From: Paraspadella gotoi
Taxonomy: Eukaryota > Animalia > Chaetognatha
Direction of reading: 5' to 3'
DNA: 64,000 nt
Assembly (NCBI GenBank): GCA_051294375.1
Contig: CM119268.1
Coordinates: 4,726,666-4,790,665 of the forward strand
Every line of letters starts with the position of its first letter. Positions within the stretch are counted from its first letter, which is position 1. A program made the translations under genes and the position numbers. Under the pieces are notes generated by a model. It saw only the letters and a program-made list of their open reading frames with translations. It searched no databases and was not told the origin of the DNA. Below, in pieces: positions 1-13,613 of this stretch.

Positions 1-299
1 CGTCGTTATCTTCGACCTTATTGTTGTTGTCGTTCTCCTTGTCGTTGTCATTGTTATCATCTTCGTTTTCGGCGTCGTCGTAATTTTCGTCTTTGTCATC
101 GTCGTCGGAGCTGTCATCAGAAATCTGTTTGGTTGGTTGGTTGGTTGTTGGTTTTGTTCACTGTTGGTTGTTGTTGATTAGACGATTTTGCTTTGTTGGT
201 GGTTGTTGGTTGGTTGGTTGGTTGTTTGGTTGGTTGGTTGTCTGGTTCGTCGTCGTCGTCATTGGATGTAGTTGTATTCGTAGTTGTTGTTGTTGTTAC

Positions 300-621
300 C
301 TTGAAACGGCAAAAGAGCAATTGGAAGTAATCGAAGAAAAGACCCGATTTCCAATAACTAGAATCAGAACCGAAGACTCGAAGGCGAACCTGGGGGAGAA
401 AGTAATGGGGGGTAGGAAACGGGGAGCCGATTGAAGATGGGAAGGTAGGGGGAGAGGGGGTTGAGGAGGAAGAAGGCGAGGGGTAGTGAGGTGGGAAAGG
501 GGAAGAAAAGAAAGAAAGAAAGAAATAGTGGGGAGAGGGAGGGAGGGAGGGAGAGATATTGATATTGATATTGAAAATAGGAGTAGAGCTTTAGGCCAGT
601 TTTCAAAACTACCTCAAAAGA

Positions 622-662
<41 letters not shown>

Positions 663-2335
663 GAGAGAGAGGAGAGAGAAGGAGAGAGAGAGTGAGAAGA
701 GAGAGAGAGAAGACAAAAAAGAAAGGGAGAGAGATGTGAGCAGTAAAGAGAGAGAGAGAAAAGAAAAGAGAAAGGAAAAGATAGTTAGTTAGTTAGTTAG
801 AGAGAGAGAGATATATATATATCCCGTCTCACCTTGCAACTGGTCTTCAAATCGAACCAACCAACGACCATATTCAGCCAATCACCGCTCGACTTCGTCG
901 CCGCCAACAAATCATCGCCTTTCATCGTCAGTCGTGGAATTTGAAAACCGTTGTCTGGCAACGGCGTCGGACGGGAAGGGAGCCGTAGGCCGGAAGAGGG
1001 CGCGTCGTCGGAAATGGGCGTGTCCGGGAAAGGAGGCGTTCCGCCGGTAATAACGCCGGAATCGTCGCCGCGGATGTAATATTTCAAGTTTCCCGCCAAA
1101 GTGGCTCGTTGATTGGATTTGATTCTTTGAACGAGAAAGTAGCGTCCTGATCGGAGTTTAGATCGAGGGGGTAGGATAGAAGTGGATAGAGGAGGTTAGG
1201 GTAGTCGTTAGAGAAGCGACGATTGACATGTTGGAGTAGTTGACTATGGTTACACTAACAAAATACAAACAAATAACAATTTAAATCAATCGAAATAAAA
1301 TCCAATGATTAAATAAACAAATTACTAATGTGATGCTAAGTTGACGCGCGGAAATTTCAAAGATATTATTTCAGATCGATCGTTGATCGTTAACCAAGAT
1401 TTTGATCTCCAGCGTCAAACGGACGAACCCAACTGAAACGACTAATAACAACGACCCCGCCCTTACCCCGTTAAGCGACTCCCTGAACTCACCCGGACTC
1501 ATTTCGTCGGCAGCGGCCTCCGGCGGCGGAAACTCGTACCATCCCATCTCCAACCAGCAGACGTGATGCACGTGGACGCATCGCCGATCGCGACAGTCGA
1601 CGTCCGTTTGGGTCACGACGTATTGCTCCGGGGTGTCGAGCCAGGTCACGGGGGCTGAAGTCGCGCCTGAGTTAAGGATAAATGCGGTGGGGGAGGATTT
1701 AGGGGTAAGGGGTGTCTCTCTTTTTCACAGACTACCCCCCTTTTTCTTCGTTTTTCGCAGAATTTAATTTTAGCATTAATATTCTTGTAAACTAATCCCT
1801 AACCCTAATCCTTAACTCTAACCTAATTCTAAACCCTAATGCCAAACGCTTATCTCTATTTTTCATCCCTCACCTCTAATTCAATCTTTAACTAAAAAAA
1901 ATTAACTGAATTAAAAATTTAAGATAAAATGAGGCATTCTAGAAAAAAATTGCCAAAATTTTGAAGTATATTGGCCCGGAAGTAACGCCCTTTTTTCTCG
2001 CTCTTTCTTTAAAATATCTTTTTTTATTTTTTATTTAATGTTTTTCTTGCTTTTTATCGTTTTTTTCCCGCCGTGCCTCTCTCTCTCTGTCTCTCTCTCT
2101 CTCGCACTTCTCTTCCCCACTTTCTTTTCCTCCCCTCTAGCCTTTTCTCACTCCCTCCCTCTCCCCTTTTCACTTCCCCCCCCCCGAGCCCCCCCTCACC
2201 GACGCAAGCTTCAACGTCGACGAGATCCACCAACATCTCCTCCTTAACTTCGGCGAGGTCTCCGAAGTAAAGGTCCTTTGCGTCGACGACACCGGCATCC
2301 GCATCGGCAGAGGCGTCGGCGTCGAACTCCGTCAT
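300..2335 (-). CDS. Spliced PP2 (phloem protein 2)-like lectin-domain protein; exons 2335-2200, 1666-1493, 1146-833, 389-300; probably continues 3' into an acidic tail beyond or near the window start
   Basis: The four exons join in frame with GT-AG sites. The translation has PP2-type motifs in order: VTWLDTP, VHHVCWLEMG, SPGRYFLV, GDWLNMVVGWF and YWKSGLFFD. Confidence 0.65.
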
Positions 2336-4589
2336 AATTCACAGGGTTTGTTTTTATTGGTTTGTTAAACTGTTAAGGTTTACTTTTTTGTTTGTTCGTT
2401 TTAATATTTTAAGAACATTTTTTTTTTAAAGTAACTAAAATTATGGATTAAAACACTAAGTATAACGGACAAAAGGGTAATAATAAAATGCACTTTGGCC
2501 ATGTAAAGAGAAAATTTAAAGTTGGAACATTTAGAACGTAATACTACTTTTATATAGTAGAACATCACATGACGCAAGAGAATAGAATATGGAGAATATG
2601 GAGAATTCCACGACAGTTTCTTTGTTTATTAATTAATTATTGTTTCTTTCTCAAAAAAATACGTAGGAAGAAAGAAAATAGACATAATATCCAAAAAAAA
2701 TTACATTGTGGGATATTAAACCAAACGTAAGATGAAAATAATTGGGGGGGGGAAAAGTGGGAGAAAAAATAGAAAATAAAAGTTTTTCTGAAGAAAAAAG
2801 AAACGAACGAACCCAGCCCCACCCAACCTGTAAATATGTTCTCACTCTTTTTCCCCAAACCCAAAAAATTAGCAACTGTAAAAAACCCTAGATGAAGCCA
2901 AATAAATTTGGTACAAATGGAAAATATAGAATTATCCAATTTAGGATAGGAATTCAACGAAGACGAAGATGAAGTCATTTTTGACATCACTAGTTCATTG
3001 TAAAATCATCTTCTTTACGAAAAATTTAAATGCGTAAGTGGTATATTTTACTACTTTGAATCTAAAACCGTTAGAAACTGATGTTAGGTGAACGCAGCAA
3101 ACCTGAAGCTTATGGCTTCTACTGAATCCAACAACTGGAAGCCCTACTTGGTCACAAAAAACTGGCAACATCGTTAATAAAGTTGTACAATGAAAGGCCA
3201 GTAGCGCCGGTCGGAGTGTTGCTAAACGAGATGGCCATTAAGGCGTAGTGAAAGTTACATACGAAAATTCTAAAAGTCAATTTTGAACAACATACCATCA
3301 GTGAACATTAATTTGTAAAAAAAATTAATTTTATGTTTTTTAATTTTCGCAGTAGGCTATATTTATATATAGTACTATCCTTATAAAATCGAAAAATTTT
3401 TAAATAAGCTTTTCCTAATTTTGATTGCAGATTTGAATTCATCGTCAAAAGTTGATATAAGAAAATATAAATCATTTTTAAAAAGTTAATTTTCAGCTTA
3501 AAATAATATAAAATAAAATATAGCTTTTCTAATTTTTAACCCACTTAATGAAGGAATTTTTCAATAAGAGTTATATTTATTTTTATCAACTTTTTATGAC
3601 GAATCCAAATCTGTAAAAAAATCTTAGAAAAAACTGTTTTGAAATTTTAACATTTATTGGTTTAGTACTAGTATAAATATGGCCTACCCGTGAGGAGGAG
3701 GAGGCGACGCGCAGATCTTCTTCCCCCTCCCATTTCGCTTCCTCCTCCTTTTCGATCGGGGGTTTCGCGCAGCCACGAGATTTTTCCATTCGAGATTCAC
3801 TTCCCACTTTCCCTCTCTTGTGTTAAGACTTGTTCTCCGCCTCTCTGTAATATTTTTATTTTTATGATCGTCTTTTTTTCAATATACGCTTCACCACTAC
3901 TCCTCGAGTTTTCCTTTAGCCAGTGACTTATTTCAGGGTGGCGCCCAATGTGGAGACTTGTTCTCCAACCACGATCCGCCCTGGATCTCTTTATGTCCTA
4001 ATTTCACCGAAAATCTATTTTTTTCTCGAAACTTCGATTTCGTAACCTTTTCTCTTTTGTTTCGACTTCAAAATTTTTTTTTCTCCCTTCTTTTTGAGCC
4101 TTTTTTTTTTCTCTCTCCTTTCCCCGTCGCTTTCCAAATTTCCAAACTTCCAAATTTCCAAATTTCAATACTTTTCAAATTTTTTTTCCTCTTTTTTTTT
4201 CCTTCGACTTTCGAGTTTTTTTCTCTCCCTCCCTTTCTCGTCGATTTCCAAATTTCTCTCTTCTCTCTCTCTTCCCTTTCGACTTCGGAATTTTTTTTTC
4301 TCTCTTTTTCCCTTCGAGTTTTTTTTTCTCTCCTTCCTCCTTCCTCCGCCAAATTGACCGCCTCCCACTCCGGCCCCTTCTATAAACTTTCCCCCTCTAC
4401 GCCTCCTATCCAAAAAAAAAAAAAACGAAAGAAAAGAAAGCGGGCAGCCGTTAGGTAGAGGAACCCTAACTGCGTAAATTGTAAAATTAATTATAAATTT
4501 TTTTATTACATAAATGTCCATTAATATAATGTTGTTCGTTCCTCACTTTTAGAATTTTAATTAAAGTTAAATTTAGAAATTTTACTACA

Positions 4590-6420
4590 CCTTAATGGTC
4601 ATTGGATAGCTTGGAGATTATGTCCTCCTCCTCTCACTTATAGTGAAGAGCTATATTTGACTATGATTCGACTACCACGAACTTACCAATAAAATCATGA
4701 TTTTATGAATTCATGCTCCTTATTTACTTGTAAATACACTCCTGTTTTTCAGAGACACCCTGCTCCTCCACCGGCTACAGTATCTGCTACAGTATCTGCA
4801 GTATATGAATTTATTATTTGAAATCCCTGATGAATTCATAAAGAGGAGGAGTAGGAGTAGGAGGAGGAGGAGAAAGATGCCTTCAAAAGTAGAGGAGTGT
4901 ATTTAATACCAAATGAGGAGGGTGAATTCATCAGTCATGATATCATCGACCAGTTGAAGGTAGTCGAATCACACTCTCAAACAGGGTTTAGCTCTATATG
5001 CCTCTTACTCCTCCTCAAACTCCTAAGATTAGTGTGTAAGGGAGCGGAGATTAAAAGTAGAACAGATGTTTGTTATGATCTATGGGCTAATTCAGATATG
5101 AAGGATGATTGGTGTTCAATAGGAACAAATGACATGCTCTTTGATTCTGAATCAGATTATGCTAAGCAAGCGACTTCATGTAAATATACAGAACCCAAAG
5201 GTTACTGGTATGGGATTGAGCCAAATGATGGGAGTGAGATGGTAGCATTTGGATACACACCTGATTATGTTATCAGATCATATAAAATTGTTGGATCAAA
5301 GCTAAGTGGTACAATCTGCTTTAAATTTAGTGTTTCTCAAGAACTTGACAAAGAAGAATGTTTAAACTTGGAAAGAACGGGAAAATCTCATTCATTTTCA
5401 AAATTGAAAGGAAATGTCTGGTTTAAGAATATAGCAGATAATCAGTGCTTTCAATAGCATTCAATAATGTTGATCCTGCTACTGTACCTAGCACAATAAG
5501 AGTCGGATCAAGAGAGTGGGATGATGCAAAGTATATTCATGCTTATGGTGAGATTCATGAAGTTGGCCAAGGGCATGAAACTTACCCTTCATTTTAATTA
5601 AATGGGCACCACCCTGGCTCTGACACATCTTACTATTCAGGGCTCAAAACACAAAATATGGATCCAGACATTTAGCTATTATCTATGTCCAAATTATCAG
5701 CAAGAACAGGCTGCAATGTTGTTTTCAAATTCAAAGAAAAAAACAAAAAAGGGACCACAAAAACAGTTGAGAGATAGAGAATTAGGAGGCAGAAAAACAT
5801 TTCTGGAAGAAAGCAATAAATGGGTGAAGCTTGACACTATAATACCCGACCATTTCACATTAGGTTTGGTCGACTGTAATAGGGATTTTCTAGATGTTCA
5901 ATTTGAAACTGATATTAACTTGAAGGCGGCTCTGGCAAAATTTGTTTCAATTCCCCTGAATGAACTCATGGTTAGTTCCTCTGGTTGTTCAGGTGGCTCA
6001 GATATGGTTATGGTCACCATCACCACTCAAACAAAAAACCAAACGGGTGTTGTAAATATAGAAGTAACTGATGACTTAGTTTGCCTGCCTTTTGTAAATA
6101 TAAGACATGGTAAAGCTGTTTTCAACTGTACACAATCATTCTCAGATCTAAAATAAATTTAATAAACCCCAATGACATCTCAGAAAAAAGATCTTTTTCA
6201 ATATCTCAGCTTAAGCCATGTTCTGTTTTCAAGTATGAAAAAGGTTGTGTTGACTGTCCATATGCCGACAAGTACAAAGAAAATAGCCTGAGTGGGTGGG
6301 GTGCTCTGACATCATCATAGAAAAAAACAATTGTAGGCGTGTTTCGTGCTGTCATGCCTGTGTTAATAGGATATTGTATGCTGCCGTCCTAGCATATTAT
6401 GTTCATCTTTATTAAACAAT
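4590..6420 (+). pseudogene. Decayed class II viral fusion glycoprotein (bunyavirus Gc-like), putative endogenous viral element
   Basis: Intronless, CpG-poor block with ORFs 4897-5457 and 5602-6156 plus frameshifted pieces. Segments TICFKF..ECLNL, VPSTIRVG, YGEIHEVG, FSYYLC and SSGCSGG follow the order remembered for orthobunyavirus Gc. A hydrophobic stretch lies near 6335-6420. Confidence 0.5.
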
Positions 6421-6992
6421 AGGTGGGTCCCTTGTTATAATATAATTTAAGCATTTAAAATAGATATATTGTTAAAACTGAAGTGTGTTCTTTGTTAAAA
6501 TTCTATTGGGAACCTTATTTAAACTAAGGTGGCTTTTTAGGCCAGTTGGTGCTCGCAATATATTGAGTAATTATATTAAGATTTTCAGTGAACGTTGGGC
6601 AATAAAGGTGTCGACCTGAATAATAAAGTAAATAAATAAATAAATAAATGAATAAACAAATAAATGAATAAATGAAAAACAAATACATAAATGAAAAACT
6701 TTTTAAAAAATTGTATCAAGAAGACAAAAGAGACCAATCTGCATGAAGGAAAAACTAAAGGTATCAATCACATCATAAACAACACAGAAACGGCTAGATA
6801 ACCAGAGAGGGAAGAGTAGTTATTTCCTTTAGTTCCAGTTTTTCCTCTTCTCACGAGCGCGAGCCACAGATCTTCCTCCTCTTCCACCTCTTTTCATCCC
6901 CTTTCCCTTCCTCTTCATCGAGTTTCAGTCGTCGCCAAGGCAGAGAGAGAGATTCATTTGAGTCTCGAGTCACTTGGAGAGAAAGTCAGCTC

Positions 6993-8130
6993 TAGTGTTC
7001 CGATAACCGTTAACAGTTAACGGTTATTAACGTTAAAAATAATTTTAAACTTAACCGTTAATATATTTATTTTAACGGTTAAATTCGGTTAATATTCAAA
7101 TGTGATTTTTTTTCATTTTTTGGTATGAAATCTTTAAATTTAAAAAAAATATATTTTTTTCCTATCCTCTCTTATTCTCCTTTCCCCTTCTCACCATATT
7201 TTTACCCCTCTCTCTCTTCTCCACTTTTTCCCTGCTTTTTTCCTTTGTTATTTTCTTCTTTTTTTTCTATCCTAATCTCTCTCTTATTCTTTCTTCCCCT
7301 TATTTATCTCCTCCTGTTTCTTTCTTTTTCTTTCTCACTTCCCCTTTTTCTTTCCCCCTTTCTTTTCTCTCCTTTTTACCTTTTTCTTCTTTTTCGCCCT
7401 TCCATGCAATAATATATATTCAATTTCCCTCTTTAAAATGAACAAAGAAGCAAATGAAATAAAACCGAATGAATTTAAAAAAAATTAATAAAAAACCAAA
7501 TAAAAAAAATCATTATAAAAAATTTAAAAATTGATATTAGAAGGAACGAATCTTAAAAAAGACATTAAGGCTCACTAAAACTATTCTTCAATAAGGATGA
7601 TATACTTTTTATTTAACTGAAAAATATATTTATCAATCAATAAATCTTTTGATCAATCGATAAATCAACCAGTCTATCAATAAATTAAAATTCATATTTA
7701 TGGTCAATGGTCATGGTTTATGAAAGACTAACAACAGAAAACAAGCGTTCAAGAAAACTAACAACTACAAAAATAATGAAGAAGAGAAGTAGAGAAAGAA
7801 AAATAGAAAGCAAAAGAGAGAAGAGAAAACAAAATATACTAGAATTAGAATTCGATGGTATCCTTTCGTTTTGTTGTATTATGAGATTAACAAAAATATT
7901 TGTTTTGTTACAACAATAATTTTATATGACATAAAAAACAGAAATGTTTCTACTCGGTTTCGAGTCTTCTTCAGCGCATTCAGGAGCCAGAGTTAAAGAG
8001 AAAATACCATTAAATACTTTAGTTTGTTTTAAATTATAAATTTAACCGATCTTAACGGTTAACCGTTAAAAATGTTAGTTTAAACGGTTAAGCGAATATT
8101 CCTAAAAAATTAACGGTTATCGGAACTCTA
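6993..8130. mobile_element. Non-autonomous hAT-type DNA transposon (MITE)
   Basis: TIRs TAGTGTTCCGATAACCGTTAA and TTAACGGTTATCGGAACTCTA differ by one mismatch. 8-bp TSD GTCAGCTC at 6985-6992 and 8131-8138. Subterminal AACCGTTAA repeats. Confidence 0.9.
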
Positions 8131-9748
8131 GTCAGCTCCCTTCCTGATTACATTTATATTTTGCGGACTTATTCCAAGTCTCATATTTTATCGTTTCTCC
8201 AAGAGAGTCAGCCGACTTCATACCAGCCAGTCTCAGAAAACGATATTTCTGCATAAAATTTACGTAATATGCACCGGTTTTCTTTCTTTTTAAAGAATAC
8301 ACAATGAATTTCACTACAAATTTTTATAACTTTTACACAAAAAGTGATCAATATATTTACTACTTCCCGATTAACCAAATATCCCACTTACACATTAGTA
8401 GGTGCATAATATCCAGCCAAGGCTGTCACGAGCAAGCATTTTGAAATTCGCCCCCCTCTCACGCGAGAGAGAGAGAATGTCTGTTCCAAACGCCTCCGAG
8501 AGCGAGCAAGAGGCGACGCCAGTTCCAACCAAACACAAACAAACAACCCCGCGCAGCAATCTTATTATTTTTTTGTCCCCTATTTTTTCAGATTTTTTAT
8601 GTAAGTTAGATGCGCCAGCGACAATCATGCAAAATGGCGTAATTATACTAGCATCGTAGCTATTTTCCAGAGAAACGTTATCCATTTTTTAAAAATTGAT
8701 TAATAAGCTTTAAATAATTAAAACTTTTATATATATATAGTCTCTAAGAGGAATAGGGAGATGTGCGGGGATGACGGAAGCGGCCGTGGCAGTCACTTGT
8801 GCGGTCACCGCCCCGATAACCCTCGGCCTCGTGACGTCGGTGCTAAATCTAAGCACCGCGATCATGACGCCGATATACAAGACGGCCAACAATTCAGCAG
8901 TCCCTCGACTTCAATGGGGACTCTTTGGAGCGAACGAGCGGCTCGCTCGTTATAGAACGTTCATTCCATCACACCCGCCAAGTCCAACAAACCTCACCTC
9001 ACACAGCGCCATTTATGAACCGAACCATTTTGCCCTCCTCCACCATCACTCGAGCAAACACACCAACAATACCAACAACAACAACGGCAACAATACCAAG
9101 CACAAAAACAAAACAAAAAAGATCTTGTAATTGTTGGAGTAATATTTTTTTACCTTCTTGGCCGAGTATAATTTCTATAATTACCACGAGGTACTTTCTT
9201 TTTTTCTTTTTATTTCTTTTTATTTCCTTGGTGTCATGTATCTATCAATTATTATATCCACATATTGTATTTTGAATATCATTTGAAATGAGCTTTGAAT
9301 AAAAAAATGAACTTAGTATACCACTACTTATCATCCAAATTGTCATTCCCCTCTTTTCCCATTGTCAGAATATCAAAGAGTTGTTGTTTTCGTTTCGGCC
9401 TCGTTCTTTATTTACAAAAGTATTGGCCTTCGCTGAATTGTAAACAAAACGCTTTTAGTTCTCGATCGCTTGTAATTTCTTCAGTCGTGATTTTGGCCGC
9501 GTAACAATTTGTAATTCTCTCCCGTTTTATTTTCGTTTGTTTCACGTTATTTAATATAATCATAATGAATACTCAATCCTCTTTTAATATATTAGGCTAA
9601 ATAGATTCGTCAGTTATTACAGGAGTTAGTAATAAAGACGACATGTCTCTTACTGGGTTAGTATGGACATTTGTAGTGAACGTGTTGCAAGAGCAATGGC
9701 CTTTATCCAGGATTTCGATATCACAGACGTTTTATCCCTCCTTTCTAA

Positions 9749-10414
9749 ATGCAGCTGACCAACTTACTCGCAGTTGCTTCATATGATGCGCCGGACAGTT
9801 CGCCTATAGCCGGGAATGTCTCTTGCGACATCGTCATTTATAACTCACATGGTGATATTGTTCCACCCTCAAGTCTCTTCTCAAGTGACAAAAGGAAAGC
9901 AATGAACCTATACTTTGAGGGAGGAAAAAAGGGGCCCTTGGCTAAACTTAACAATAAGGAAATAAGTTCATCTCCCCCTGAAGAGAAAATCTGTTTGGGA
10001 AAAGAAGCCAATCACGTACTCACTATTACTGGGCAAGATCAACATGTAGAGCGCATGTTGGGTGATCCTTACCCACCTGTTCCCGCTGGGATAAAAAACG
10101 GGCGTCTAACTTGACGTAAATCTCACGGAGCCTATGTATGTAAACGTATGAAATGCAGCCCTTGCTCATGTGCGTTGCATGGCAGTACAGATGATGCACA
10201 TTGCACCTGTTGCTGCGATCTATTACATTTCTATATACGGACTAGAAGTCCCCATACAAAAAAGGAAGTAAACGAAAACGTAAATTCTGACTCTGAAAAT
10301 GATTTTGATTCTGATTCTAATGATGTTATTGAAAACGAAAGAGCACAAATTGTCTCTTCTGATGAGTTACTCCGCGGTATTTCTGTCTTGGAAATAAATG
10401 ATGACGCCCGTTGA
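9749..10414 (+). pseudogene. Unknown ORF interrupted by an in-frame TGA, with a Cys/His-rich C-terminal part
   Basis: ORFs 9749-10114 and 10148-10414 are in the same frame separated by one stop. Motif CKRMKCSPCSCALH...HCTCCC. Confidence 0.3.
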
Positions 10415-12398
10415 AACTTCGGCTTCCGTTTTCGTCTCATTTTCTTCCTAAAGTCGAGTTAGTTCGATTTTGACGATTGAACTGTTGGAGTGAAAATTTT
10501 ATGTTATACAAGAGAGTAAAAGAAAGACAATAAGATAATTAAACGGGATCACGCAATGAAATTGGAACAACTAATATAAAAATTGTAAATTTTCATAGAA
10601 TTTGTTTAGGCGAGGTTTTTACTTTACTTTTTACCAGTCTTTACTTGCAATTGTGAAACGAAGAAAAAAAATATAATAATTTTACTTATAAATTTAGACA
10701 CTTGTTTTTGAAATACTATAATGTTCCAAAATTAATAATTGATTTTTTTTCTTTTGGTTAATTCATGGCGAGAAAAACAAAATAAATAATATTGAAATTA
10801 AAAGTGTTTAACCTTTCTGATTAGGCTGGAGCTGCATGCTACCACGGAATAGTCGTGCCATTCCTTTGAACTGCTTGGCGGCCACCGGGCTAGAGCCTCG
10901 GACCTTTTTGTTAAGGAGGCGAATGGTAGGTTGATTCTAGCGGTGATAAAAGACAAATTATGGAAACGAAAAAGAAAAAAAGAGAAAGAGAGCAAAACAA
11001 GGAGAGAGAGTCTGAGAGAGAAAGTAAGCCAAATTCTCTCTCTCTCTCTCTCTCTCTCTCTGATGATTGATGTAGCTTTTAGGGGCACAATGTAGCCCAA
11101 AGCCCGTTTCTTTAATACAATTCAATTCAATTCAATTCTCTCTCTCTCTCTCTCTCCCTCTCCTTCCCTCCAAAGACCACGACACCACACTAAAACTCAC
11201 CTTTTATTTGATGGAATCAACTATCCGACAAAAATGATTTTCCGAAGAAGAGTATGAAAGCCGCTAACATCTTAAGTGCGGGGATCTTTTTGTATAACGT
11301 CTCTTGAATTGTGCATCGACAATGGCGCAGTTTTTTGGTCGGCAGTGAAGCTGAAAACGAATAAATAATTAATAAAAACTACTCATTAAAAGTAAGCAGT
11401 TCATTTATTTTTTTCGTTCAAAGTTATAAACTCGGATTGTAACAATGATAAGTTTTCATTTGGAGAAAAAAGCGCGAATAACAATAAAATTAATTTATTA
11501 CACATTGACGTTAACGTAAAAGTTTCACGTGAAGAAGTCGGAAAATAAAAACGATTTCACAAAAACATAATTAACTAATCAGCGTTATTAAACTAACTAA
11601 AAATTTACGACTTTATTCCAAAATCTGACTTCTCTCCCGAAAAAAAGATGCGAAAAAAATGTTGAGTATGAATAATAACGTATGGAGATTTAGTTGCACT
11701 AAATTTCGCAAGATTCAGTATCACGACTTGTGACGTAGGTGAATCGACTCGTCCAATCAGAGCTCGATATAAATACGACGATATCGAATCATCGCTCGAG
11801 TTTTAAACGTTTTTAAACTTTTCACCACCAGAAAGAAAATTCCCAGTTCGGGGTCGGTGCCAACTGAGACTTGTTAAATAATTGTCAAACGCTCCCTTTT
11901 CCTAGGGAAGAGAGAGAGAAAGAAAAAAAGAACACGTCCAATAATTTGCTTAGCGAAAGACTGAAACAGGGCGATTTATCTTTCACATCTTAAGAAAGCG
12001 GTTAAATAAAAATGCAAGTCTATGATAGAATAGTTTTCTCACGATTTAGTAAGTCGACCAATGATCGTCCCGATCCTCCTTGGAATATGACCCTTCAGCC
12101 AATCAACGTCGTCGAATTCTTTCGGGTGACGTCAAGTGATTCCAGAATCGCCGAAGAGATTTCGTTGGAAAGTGAAACGAACCGGGTCTCTTAATATTGG
12201 AGCAATTCCGCATAGAACTGTATTAAATCAATAATAAAACGAATTGGTATGGAGTAATATTAAAATTTTTAGTTTATTCAATTTTTTTTAAAAAATGTTT
12301 AAATTTTCGTTTGAGCAGGAGCTTAATGCAAATTTCTCAATTATCTAGTCAATTTATTTGCTTTAATTTTTTTTTCTCTTCAGGGTTAAGAGGAAAGG

Positions 12399-12408
12399 NN
12401 NNNNNNNN
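12399..12408. other. Assembly gap (10 N)
   Basis: Run of N. Confidence 1.
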
Positions 12409-13613
12409 CCTTTTTCTTAAGAATACTTTCAAAGATCTTAAAGATGAGAAGCCATATTTAAATTTTTTAACTTAAAAATCAATCGAAATTCGTAGTAATT
12501 TTTATCCAAAAAGAAATCGTAATCCCCTATATAAACCGAAGCAATTGTAAAAGATTATCTCGCCCAAGACAGGCTTAAGCCCGTCTGGCGAGATAAAAAA
12601 ATTGTAATCGGTAGTAGCCCCTATATAAACCGTAGTAGTTTTTATATAAAAAAAGCGTGATGACGACGACGATAACGACGACGATAACGACGGTCACAAA
12701 GAAGCAATTGTAAACGATTATCTATGCCCAAGACGGGCCTAATTCTTACCGTCGTCAAATGTTGATAAAAATAAGTCCATTTTCGTTTTGACTGATGACG
12801 GAATGATGTAAGAGTCTATAAGAGTTTCATTGTTGGCGACTCGATTTCTTGAAATAATAATTACCTATCCCGTAAAAATCCCAAATATAAAATGACAAAA
12901 CCACCACATTACATAAAACTAAAAAACAAAATATCAGGCAAAAAAAAACCCGTAGGCAAAAAAATAGTTGTAAATGGTCCGTATCTATATGCCTATAAAA
13001 AATAGTGACACAGCTAATGACAGAATCCAAAATATATTGAATCGGAGGGAAAAAAGCAAAAAAACTAGAAAACGATCGCCTTTTTACATGTTATATAATC
13101 GTTGTTTGACTCTTTGTAATACTGGTAATATTAGCAAAACTGTTTCAGAGCAATAACACGATTTTGAGATTTGTCTGCAATAAAATCGGACAAAATTCTC
13201 GAAAGCGAAAGAGATAAAAATTTTAAATGAGGGACATTTGGTAAAAGTCCAAACGAAATAATGAAATCACTTACGAAACAGGTCATGATAACTGGATTTA
13301 TTTTAACCAGCATTTATTTTTCTAATTTCGCCCGTTTATTAACGATTTTAAATGTATATACAATATACATTATTTATTAAGTGTTCATTTCTTTCTGGTT
13401 CGCCCTAGTTAGTGTCTTTTATGTCCAAGGCATAAGGCAGGTAGTAAGTAGGCTTTCTAAGTAAAGAAATGAGCAAGCTTTGGACGCAAGCAGTCATTAA
13501 TTAAAGTTTGAAAATTGTTTTATTCCTCAAACGTGTGATAGAAAATTCTTTGACCAACGAGACCCAAATCGTTTGACAATGGGAACACAAAAACATAAAC
13601 CGAAAACAAAAGA

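Noticed and set aside
486-800. ORFs rich in RE/SL repeats here and at 16094-16525, 20812-21649 and similar sites
   Set aside because: They are translations of (GA)n/(CT)n microsatellites in introns or intergenic DNA.
1790-1880. Telomere-like CCCTAA units
   Set aside because: Only a few degenerate copies inside an intron; no evidence of a chromosome end.
3690-6960. Similar pyrimidine-rich segments at about 3700 and 6860 as LTRs around the glycoprotein
   Set aside because: The similarity is short and low-complexity, with no TG...CA ends, PBS or TSD found.
11200-12215. Possible minus-strand exons
   Set aside because: Splice-like boundaries exist, but the frames contain stops and no family could be recognised.
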